Positions 36,017-42,043 of a stretch of DNA of 42,043 nucleotides are shown here, piece by piece (the stretch's first letter is position 1; every line of letters begins with the position of its first letter). The notes beneath the pieces were generated by a model, which made no database searches, was not told the origin of the DNA, and saw only the letters and a program-made list of their open reading frames with translations. The stretch covers positions 1-42,043 of the forward strand of contig CAKPAQ010000001.1 in the NCBI GenBank assembly GCA_934133015.1. Direction: 5' to 3'. The translations under genes and the position numbers were made by a program. The stretch comes from an uncultured Bacilli bacterium. Lineage in GTDB: Bacteria > Bacillota_I > Bacilli_A > RF39 > UBA660.

Positions 36017-37711
36017 TTATACACTAGTAACCACATCATTTCCAAACAAATCAACTGCTTGTTTAGTAAGATCATCTACCAGTTTATCAGAATCATTATT
36101 CTGATTATTTTCAGTATTTAAAGTTGAAACATCAATATATTCATATTTTATTCCAGCTTTCATATTATTTATATATTCATTTTTTTTATTTTTCCACTCA
36201 TCTGTTGAAATAATAGCAATATTATAATTTTGACCAAATATTTTTTCGAACAAACTTTCTATTCTACTAATCAATTTGTAACCTCTACTAACCATTGAAT
36301 CATAATCAAATGTAATAATCAATTCCTTTTTAGAAGCAGCCTTTACTTCCCCATCAGTTAAATAACTAGCAATAGATCCAAATTGGCTATCTAAAGCATA
36401 ATCACTAAGCTGTTGCCAACTGTTTTTAATATTATTGAGAATTGTCTTATCAGCAGTTGCCAAACAATTATTAACAATTAATGAATTAATTTTCAAATAT
36501 TCATCAGTATTATCAACAATTTCAGAATTAGAAGTAAAGGTATTATTATCTTTATCTACATGATCAACTTTATCATTATCATCTTTGACACTATCAATAT
36601 TATTATTATTTTCTTCTTCTAAGGCTACAGAAACTGGTTGTGTTGCATCATTATTAACATAATTAGCACTCTTATTAGAATATAAATTCATAAATGAAAG
36701 GACTTTTACTTCAAATAAAATTCTAACATTATTAGATTTTTTAATATCTACCGATAATTCACTGAAATTATCTATAAAACTTAACAAAAAATTTATATCA
36801 AAATCAATATCAATATTTGAATAATAATCAACTATCAAATTTCTACACAAAAGTAACAAGTTTTGACAAAAAATAGCTAAATCTTTACCATCATTATAAA
36901 TTTTATCAATAAATTTTATAGTTGACGATACATCTCTAGTAGATAAAAATTTAAGAAAGTCAATTTTTTCACCTTCTGAAACAATACCATTCAATTCTTC
37001 AAAATCTTCTATAGTAATTTTATCATTTGAATATGAAGATACCTTATCAAGCATACCAATAGCATCACGCATACCTCCATCAGATAAATTTGATATTAAT
37101 TTCAATACTTCATCATCTATATTTATTTTTTCACTATCAGCAATAAATGATAATCTATTATATATTTCATTCTCCGTCAAACGCTTAAAATCAAAGCATT
37201 GACATCGAGAAATTATAGTTACAGGAACCTTATGAAGATCAGTAGTCGCTAGAATAAAAATAATATGTTGCGGTGGTTCTTCAAGTGTTTTTAATAAAGC
37301 ATTAAAAGCACCTAAAGATAACATATGAACTTCATCAATAATATAAACTTTATATTTAAGTTCAGAAGGTACAAGATTAATCTTATTTCTTATTTCTCTT
37401 ATTTCATCAACACCATTATTAGAAGCTGCATCTATTTCAATAATATCTGATGTTGAATTATTTAAAATTGATAAACAATTTTGACATTTTCCACAAGCTA
37501 CACCATCAACTGGTTCTAAACAATTAACAACTTTTGATAAAACTTTAGCCATAGTTGTTTTTCCTGTTCCTCTAGGGCCAGAAAATAAATATGCATGACT
37601 AACTTTATTACTTTTTAGAGAATTTTTAATAATTTTAACAATATTTTTTTGTCCAGTTATTTCTTCTAATGAAGAAGGTCTATATTTTCGATATAAAGCA
37701 CAGTAAGACAA
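36017..37711 (-). CDS. dnaX: DNA polymerase III tau/gamma subunit
   Basis: Walker A GPRGTGKTT, zinc module CGKCQNC, SRC motif. GGAGGTG at 37718-37724 sits 6 nt before TTG 37711, giving (M)SYCALYRKYRP, which matches the B. subtilis N-terminus MSYQALYRVFRP. The longest-ORF ATG is at 37732. Confidence 0.93.
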   Translation of the reverse strand: MSYCALYRKYRPSSLEEITGQKNIVKIIKNSLKSNKVSHAYLFSGPRGTGKTTMAKVLSKVVNCLEPVDGVACGKCQNCLSILNNSTSDIIEIDAASNNGVDEIREIRNKINLVPSELKYKVYIIDEVHMLSLGAFNALLKTLEEPPQHIIFILATTDLHKVPVTIISRCQCFDFKRLTENEIYNRLSFIADSEKINIDDEVLKLISNLSDGGMRDAIGMLDKVSSYSNDKITIEDFEELNGIVSEGEKIDFLKFLSTRDVSSTIKFIDKIYNDGKDLAIFCQNLLLLCRNLIVDYYSNIDIDFDINFLLSFIDNFSELSVDIKKSNNVRILFEVKVLSFMNLYSNKSANYVNNDATQPVSVALEEENNNNIDSVKDDNDKVDHVDKDNNTFTSNSEIVDNTDEYLKINSLIVNNCLATADKTILNNIKNSWQQLSDYALDSQFGSIASYLTDGEVKAASKKELIITFDYDSMVSRGYKLISRIESLFEKIFGQNYNIAIISTDEWKNKKNEYINNMKAGIKYEYIDVSTLNTENNQNNDSDKLVDDLTKQAVDLFGNDVVTSV

Positions 37712-37771
37712 TTCATACACCTCCAAAAACATCTATATTATACCATAAAAAAAATAATTATAACTAAATAA

Positions 37772-38218
37772 CTATCTTTTTTTCAAAAAAAACTGTTTTA
37801 ATAGTTTTCCACAATCATTTTTTAAAATATTATTCACTATTACGATATCTGTACCATTTGATTTATCAAATAATATTTTATCCACAATATTGTGATTATT
37901 ACTATTATTATCAGCACCAATGACAATTTTTGAAATTCTTGACTGATTTATAGCACTTGCACACATAGAACACGGATATAAAGTAATATACATAGTACAA
38001 TCATTCAATCTCCAATTTTTTAGCTTTTTTGATGCTTTTTTTATAGCTAAAATCTCTGCGTGATTAATTACACAATTTTTTTTATTTTTTGTGTTATATG
38101 CCTTAGAAATAACCCTATTTTCTTTAACAATAACTGCTCCAACTGGTACTTCTCCTCTATTATATGCTTTTTTTGCCTCATTTATGGCTATTTTCATATA
38201 AAATTCATCATTATTCAT
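37772..38218 (-). CDS. tadA: tRNA-specific adenosine deaminase
   Basis: CDA zinc motifs HAE (INHAEILAI) and PCxxC (LYPCSMCASAI). ATG 38218 lies 6 nt after AGGTG (38225-38229). The track start 38227 is a GTG inside the SD. Confidence 0.9.
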   Translation of the reverse strand: MNNDEFYMKIAINEAKKAYNRGEVPVGAVIVKENRVISKAYNTKNKKNCVINHAEILAIKKASKKLKNWRLNDCTMYITLYPCSMCASAINQSRISKIVIGADNNSNNHNIVDKILFDKSNGTDIVIVNNILKNDCGKLLKQFFLKKR

Positions 38219-38238
38219 AAAATTCACCTACAAAAAAA

Positions 38239-38310
38239 GTGCACATAAACATTTAGTGTTAAGGCTGCTATTTTCCAATCCTGACCTGGTTCCACAAACA
38301 TTTATTGCAC
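38239..38310 (-). ncRNA. ffs: Signal recognition particle RNA, small (4.5S-type)
   Basis: The minus strand reads GUGCAAUAAAUGUUUGUGGAACCAGGUCAGGAUUGGAAAAUAGCAGCCUUAACACUAAAUGUUUAUGUGCAC followed by U7. The conserved domain IV is present (CCAGGUCAGG...GGAA tetraloop...AGCAGCC; compare E. coli CCAGGUCAGGUCCGGAAGGAAGCAGCC). The 5' and 3' arms pair with G-U wobbles. The neighbourhood (tadA, dnaX) is that of B. subtilis scr. Confidence 0.85.
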
Positions 38311-38316
38311 AACACA

Positions 38317-38345
38317 ATAATAATATATTTTTTATATAAAATCAA
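38317..38345 (-). promoter_or_regulatory. SigA-type promoter for ffs
   Basis: On the minus strand: TTGATT (38345-38340), 17-nt spacer, TATTAT (38322-38317). The first G of the SRP RNA helix is 7 nt downstream. Confidence 0.55.
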
Positions 38346-38359
38346 GCTATTTATATTAA

Positions 38360-38375
38360 TGTTTCACGTGAAACA
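38360..38375. other. parS: parS site 1 (Spo0J/ParB binding site)
   Basis: TGTTTCACGTGAAACA is a perfect 16-bp palindrome matching the B. subtilis consensus TGTTNCACGTGAAACA. Confidence 0.88.
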
Positions 38376-38376
38376 T

Positions 38377-38385
38377 TGTGGATAA
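38377..38385 (-). promoter_or_regulatory. DnaA box (perfect TTATCCACA on minus strand), 1 nt from parS 1
   Basis: The plus strand TGTGGATAA is the reverse complement of TTATCCACA. Confidence 0.6.
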
Positions 38386-38412
38386 AAAATTATTTCCCGG
38401 GAAATAATTTTT
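38385..38412. repeat. Perfect 28-nt palindrome AAAAATTATTTCCCGGGAAATAATTTTT (bidirectional terminator-like hairpin or protein site)
   Basis: Read directly. Same family as 31623-31650 and 38851-38876. Confidence 0.65.
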
Positions 38413-38571
38413 CTTCAATTATAATTCACATATTTAGTAAAATTACCATTATTTTAAAGATAATAGTTTTTTTATAAACAATTTTCAAATTTTACTTAAA
38501 AGTGATTTAAATAATCAATAATAACACCTTATATTACATATTAAATTATAAAAAGTTTAAATAATTAATAC

Positions 38572-38580
38572 TTATCCACA
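38572..38580 (+). promoter_or_regulatory. DnaA box (perfect TTATCCACA)
   Basis: Exact 9-mer on the plus strand, 21 bp before parS 2. Confidence 0.55.
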
Positions 38581-38601
38581 AGAAAATTATAGTTAAATCA
38601 A

Positions 38602-38617
38602 TGTTCCACGTGAAACA
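38602..38617. other. parS: parS site 2
   Basis: TGTTCCACGTGAAACA matches the consensus parS as I recall it. Confidence 0.88.
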
Positions 38618-38618
38618 T

Positions 38619-38627
38619 TGTGAATAA
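38619..38627 (-). promoter_or_regulatory. DnaA-box-like 9-mer (1 mismatch), 1 nt from parS 2
   Basis: The plus strand TGTGAATAA is the reverse complement of TTATTCACA. Confidence 0.35.
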
Positions 38628-38824
38628 ATTTTTTATAAATTAATATAAAGTTAACAAAATTGTTAAAAATTATATTCAACATTATTCAATATTTTACTAA
38701 TTAATAAAGCATGTAATATTTTAATTTTATTAACAAGTTAATATTTTTATAACATAAACCTAACTCAATAACAATTTTAACACATAAAACAAGCTTTATA
38801 ATAAAAATAACTATAACTGATCAA

Positions 38825-38840
38825 TGTTTCACGTGGAACA
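38825..38840. other. parS: parS site 3
   Basis: TGTTTCACGTGGAACA is the reverse complement of TGTTCCACGTGAAACA. Confidence 0.88.
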
Positions 38841-38841
38841 T

Positions 38842-38850
38842 TGTGGATAA
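38842..38850 (-). promoter_or_regulatory. DnaA box (perfect), 1 nt from parS 3
   Basis: Plus strand TGTGGATAA. Confidence 0.6.
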
Positions 38851-38876
38851 AAATTTATTTTCCGAGAAATAATTTT
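38851..38876. repeat. Degenerate copy of the CCCGGG-centred palindrome
   Basis: AAATTTATTTTCCGAGAAATAATTTT. Together with parS 3 and its DnaA box it forms a ~55-bp direct repeat of 38358-38412. Confidence 0.5.
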
Positions 38877-38986
38877 ATTTAACGATACTATAATGTGCTT
38901 AATTAATTTAAAACTTTCTATTTCACATTTATAAACGTTTCTAACAGTTTCTGATAATCAATTAAGATTAACTATTTAAATTACAT

Positions 38987-39002
38987 AGTTTCACGTGAAA
39001 CA
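38987..39002. other. parS: parS site 4 (one mismatch)
   Basis: AGTTTCACGTGAAACA, where position 1 is A instead of T. It lies directly beside the gyrA terminator. Confidence 0.6.
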
Positions 39003-39003
39003 T

Positions 39004-39037
39004 AAAAAAAGTGAAGAGTATGAACCTTACTCTTCAC
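39004..39037 (-). terminator. Intrinsic terminator of gyrA
   Basis: The minus-strand GUGAAGAGUA (39028-39037, last codons plus stop of gyrA) pairs with UACUCUUCAC (39011-39020). U7 follows (A run 39004-39010). Confidence 0.8.
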
Positions 39038-41471
39038 TTTTTACTTCTTCATCAATATCTTCGTTTTCTTTCATAATTGTAGCTACTGTAGCAACTTTCT
39101 GTTCATCTTTCAATTTAATCAATCTGACACCTTGAGTAGCTCTACCTAACGTAGATATTTGATCCATAGACATTCTCATAACAATTCCATTATCAGTAAT
39201 AATTACTAGATCTTCATCACCTGTAACAGCCTTTAATGAAACTAACATACCATTCTTTTCAGTAACATTTAAAGCCTTAACTCCCTTACTACCACGATGA
39301 GTTAATCTATAATCCACAATAGGTGTTTTCTTTCCATAACCCTTTTCAGTAACAATAAGAACTTGTTTATCAGGATCAATAACCTCTGCACCAATTACCT
39401 TTGAATCTCCTAAATCAATACCCTTAACACCAGAAGCAGTTCTACCCATTACTCTAATTTCTTTTTCCACAAATCTTACCATTCTACCATTTGATGCACC
39501 AATAATAATTTCGTTATCACCAGTTGTTTTTCTAACAGAAATCAATTCATCATCATCTTTTAAAGTAATAGCTATTTTTCCACTGGTTCTAATATTATCA
39601 AACTCACTTAAATCAGTTCTCTTAATTAATCCATTACGTGTAACTAATGTTAAATATTTATCCACAGATTCTTTAGAACTCAAACATATGATTGAGTTAA
39701 TACACTCATCTTTTTCCACAGGTAATAAATTAACTATCGGTAATCCTTTACTTTGTCTACTAAATTCAGGAACCTCATAACCCTTCATACGATATACCCT
39801 ACCCTTATTACTAAAGAATAAAATATAATCATGAGTTTCCATATTTAGCATTTTTTCAACAAAGTCTTCTTCATTAGTTGCCATACCCTTAATTCCAACT
39901 CCGCCTCTATTTTGAGTTCTATACACATCAACAGGCATTCTCTTAATATAACCCTTATTTGTTAATGTAATTAGAATATTATCAACAGGAATTAATGACT
40001 CGTCTTCTATATATTCAATAGCTGTCATATCTATAGTGGTACGACGATCATCACCATATTTATCCCTAATTTCAAGTAATTCTTTTTTTATAACAGCTAA
40101 AACATTTTCATCACTACTTAAAATCATTCTAAGTTCAGATATAAGCTTCAATAAATCAGCTAATTCATTTTCTATTTTTTCTCTTTCCAAACCAGTCAAA
40201 CGACGAAGTTTCATTTCAAGAATAGCATTAGCTTGAGCTTCACTTAATCCAAAATTATCCATCAAACCTTTACGAGCTTCATCATCACTATTAGAAGCCT
40301 TTATTAACTTAATAATTTCATCAATATGATCAAGTGCAATCTTTAATCCTTCTAAAATATGCACTCTTTTTTCAGCATTATCTAAATCAAATTTAGTTCT
40401 ACGAATTATTACTTCCCTTTGAAAATCAATATATTTTGATATAATATCCCTTAATCCTAGTGTTTTAGGAACACCTTGATCAAGCATTAATAATATAATT
40501 CCATAACTAGTCTGAAATGCAGTGTGCTTGTATAATTTATTAAGAACAACTTGAGCATTTGCATCCTTCTTTAAAGTAATTGTAATTTTTATTCCATCCT
40601 TCAAATCAGAATGATAATCAGCAATTCCCTCTATTGTCTTATTATGAACAAGTTCTGCAACCTTATTCTTTAATTCAAGAGTATTAACTCCATATGGAAC
40701 TTCATCAATAATTATATATTGTTTACCATTTTTTTCCTCTATTCTTGCCTTACTTCTTATTGTAATAGAGCCACGTCCAGTTTCATAAGCCTTACGAATA
40801 CCACTATTTCCTAAAATAATAGCACCAGTAGGAAAATCAGGTCCTTTTATATAATTCATTAACTCATCAAGAGTTATATCATGATTATCAATATATGCAA
40901 CACAACCATCTATAACTTCTCTTAAATTATGTGGCGGAATATTAGTCGCCATACCAACCGCAATTCCAGTAGTACCATTTACTAAAACATTAGGAAATCT
41001 AGATGGTAAAACAACTGGTTCCTTAGTAGTTTCATCAAAGTTTGGAATAAAATCAACAGTATTTTTATTAATATTACGTAATAACTCTAAAGATACTTTT
41101 GATAATCTTGACTCAGTATAACGCATAGCTGCAGCCCCATAACCTTCAATATTACCAAAATTACCATGACCATCAATTAACATATAACGATATGAAAAAT
41201 CTTGAGCCATTCTTACCATAGCTTCATAAATTGAAGAGTCACCATGAGGGTGATAATTACCCATAACTTCACCGACTGTTTTAGCACTTTTTTTATGAGG
41301 TTTATCTGGAGTATAACCAGATTCAAACATAGAGTACAAAATACGCCTATGTACGGGTTTTAAACCATCTCTTAAGTCTGGAATAGCACGTGCCGTAATA
41401 ACGCTCATAGAATAGTCTAAAAACGAGTCCTGAACCTCTTTTACAATATTATTATGTTCTAATCTATCCAT
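39027..41471 (-). CDS. gyrA: DNA gyrase subunit A
   Basis: 814 aa. [18 protein letters not shown], active-site Tyr context AAMRYTE, C-terminal beta-pinwheel repeats. Confidence 0.98.
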   Translation of the reverse strand: MDRLEHNNIVKEVQDSFLDYSMSVITARAIPDLRDGLKPVHRRILYSMFESGYTPDKPHKKSAKTVGEVMGNYHPHGDSSIYEAMVRMAQDFSYRYMLIDGHGNFGNIEGYGAAAMRYTESRLSKVSLELLRNINKNTVDFIPNFDETTKEPVVLPSRFPNVLVNGTTGIAVGMATNIPPHNLREVIDGCVAYIDNHDITLDELMNYIKGPDFPTGAIILGNSGIRKAYETGRGSITIRSKARIEEKNGKQYIIIDEVPYGVNTLELKNKVAELVHNKTIEGIADYHSDLKDGIKITITLKKDANAQVVLNKLYKHTAFQTSYGIILLMLDQGVPKTLGLRDIISKYIDFQREVIIRRTKFDLDNAEKRVHILEGLKIALDHIDEIIKLIKASNSDDEARKGLMDNFGLSEAQANAILEMKLRRLTGLEREKIENELADLLKLISELRMILSSDENVLAVIKKELLEIRDKYGDDRRTTIDMTAIEYIEDESLIPVDNILITLTNKGYIKRMPVDVYRTQNRGGVGIKGMATNEEDFVEKMLNMETHDYILFFSNKGRVYRMKGYEVPEFSRQSKGLPIVNLLPVEKDECINSIICLSSKESVDKYLTLVTRNGLIKRTDLSEFDNIRTSGKIAITLKDDDELISVRKTTGDNEIIIGASNGRMVRFVEKEIRVMGRTASGVKGIDLGDSKVIGAEVIDPDKQVLIVTEKGYGKKTPIVDYRLTHRGSKGVKALNVTEKNGMLVSLKAVTGDEDLVIITDNGIVMRMSMDQISTLGRATQGVRLIKLKDEQKVATVATIMKENEDIDEEVKSEE

Positions 41472-41483
41472 TACAAAAACCTC

Positions 41484-42043
41484 CTATATATCCAAATTAG
41501 CATATGTTGCGTTATTTTCAATAAAATCTCTACGAGGTTCTACTTCTTCACCCATTAATTTAGAGAAAACTTCATCTGCTTGAACAGCATCTTCAACAGT
41601 AATTTTTCTTAATACACGTTGATTTATATCCATAGTTGTTTCATTAAGTTCTTCAGCATCCATTTCTCCTAAACCTTTCATACGAGCAATTTCATATTTA
41701 ACTCCTGGATTTAAACTAGATATATACTCATCTCTTTCAGCATCATCTAACACATACTTTCTAGTTTTACCATGGGTTATTCTATATAGCGGTGGTTGTG
41801 CAGCATACACATGACCAGCTTCAACTATTGGTTTAAAGAAACGATAAAATAATGTTAAAAGTAAAACTCTAATGTGTGAACCATCAACATCAGCATCAGT
41901 CATTATTATTATTTTATGGTAACGTAATTTTGAAAGATCAAAATCCTCCCCTATTCCAGTACCAAAAGCCGTAATAATAGTTCTAATTTCTTCATTAGAC
42001 AAAGCTCTATCTAAACGGGCTTTTTCAACATTTAAGATTTTTC
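41484..42043 (-). CDS. gyrB: DNA gyrase subunit B, C-terminal part (gene continues beyond the window)
   Basis: The frame stays open upstream of the track's TTG 'start' (...[21 protein letters not shown]...). Toprim [13 protein letters not shown], and a C-terminus ...ATYANLDI. Confidence 0.96.
   Translation of the reverse strand, partial: KILNVEKARLDRALSNEEIRTIITAFGTGIGEDFDLSKLRYHKIIIMTDADVDGSHIRVLLLTLFYRFFKPIVEAGHVYAAQPPLYRITHGKTRKYVLDDAERDEYISSLNPGVKYEIARMKGLGEMDAEELNETTMDINQRVLRKITVEDAVQADEVFSKLMGEEVEPRRDFIENNATYANLDI

Noticed and set aside
36017-37732. Programmed -1 frameshift site in dnaX (tau/gamma), e.g. the A-rich run around 36170-36190
   Set aside because: The A-runs I see are near the 3' end of the gene, not at the domain III/IV boundary where the E. 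coli A AAA AAG site and its stimulatory hairpin lie. Such runs are expected by chance at this A/T content. Frameshifting in Firmicute dnaX is not established.
38355-39003. Could the repeated palindromes with intervening unique A/T-rich DNA be a CRISPR array?
   Set aside because: The repeats are 16-bp parS palindromes, not 25-40-bp CRISPR repeats. Spacing is irregular and long (162-242 bp). There are no cas genes in the window and no leader-like organisation.
38228-39026. Could the DnaA-box-rich, A/T-rich intergenic region be oriC itself?
   Set aside because: Only three perfect boxes and one near-perfect box are present. Firmicute oriC is normally bipartite around dnaA. gyrA and gyrB to the right are on the same strand as everything to the left, so there is no switch in gene orientation at this point. 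I prefer the interpretation of an origin-proximal centromere/DnaA-box cluster. Only a genome-wide GC-skew or marker-frequency analysis can exclude an origin function.
38228-39026. Expected rRNA/tRNA operon after gyrA (as rrnO in B. subtilis), and tRNA genes elsewhere in the intergenic regions
   Set aside because: There are no G/C-rich structured stretches other than the SRP RNA and the T-box leader. I saw no 16S/23S/5S-like or cloverleaf-forming sequence in any intergenic region.
1-42043. Mobile elements, prophage, defence islands, toxin-antitoxin pairs
   Set aside because: I saw no transposase, integrase or recombinase. I saw no inverted terminal repeats or restriction-modification, Cas or abortive-infection hallmarks. 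I saw no small paired ORFs of TA type. The unexplained genes are single, membrane-associated or helical orphans embedded in conserved housekeeping synteny.

Overview
Very AT-rich, low-GC Firmicute (Bacillota) chromosomal segment from the origin-proximal region. Every credible gene (about 47) is on the minus strand. The plus-strand ORFs in the track are antisense shadows. Read right to left the order is: gyrB(partial)-gyrA | ~0.75-kb non-coding parS/DnaA-box island | ffs(SRP RNA)-tadA-dnaX-ybaB-recR-bofA-holB-yaaT-yabB-rsmI | small ORF-pth-mfd-orf-spoVT | T-box-dut-metG | tatD-3D-domain gene | sipW-type operon | rsmA-yabG-veg | spoVG-GNAT-yabP-yabQ-divIC | tilS-ftsH-orf | membrane orf | dusB-RDD-lysS | permease | clpC-cysS-mrnC-rlmB-sigH-like-orf(partial). 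This is a compacted version of the B. subtilis 0-100 kb region and keeps sporulation accessory genes (spoVT, spoVG, yabG, yabP, yabQ, bofA, yaaT, sigH-like), so the host is probably an endospore former. The standard genetic code applies (TGA is used as a stop). I see no transposase, integrase, phage genes, CRISPR array, tRNA or rRNA, and no recognisable defence or toxin system. Most of the window is ordinary core genome. The features most worth a second look are: (1) a non-coding island with four ParB/Spo0J parS sites, three of them abutting DnaA boxes, two inside ~55-bp direct repeats; (2) a methionine-specifier T-box controlling a dUTPase-like gene translationally coupled to metG; (3) a ~63-aa ORF upstream of pth whose N-terminus resembles ribosomal protein S3; (4) a terminator-bracketed sipW-type signal peptidase operon with two uncharacterised membrane proteins; (5) a sigH-like sigma followed by a membrane protein with a degenerate kinase-like stretch; (6) a minimal ~72-nt SRP RNA. 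All identifications rest on reading the sequence and recalled family motifs. No searches were run.
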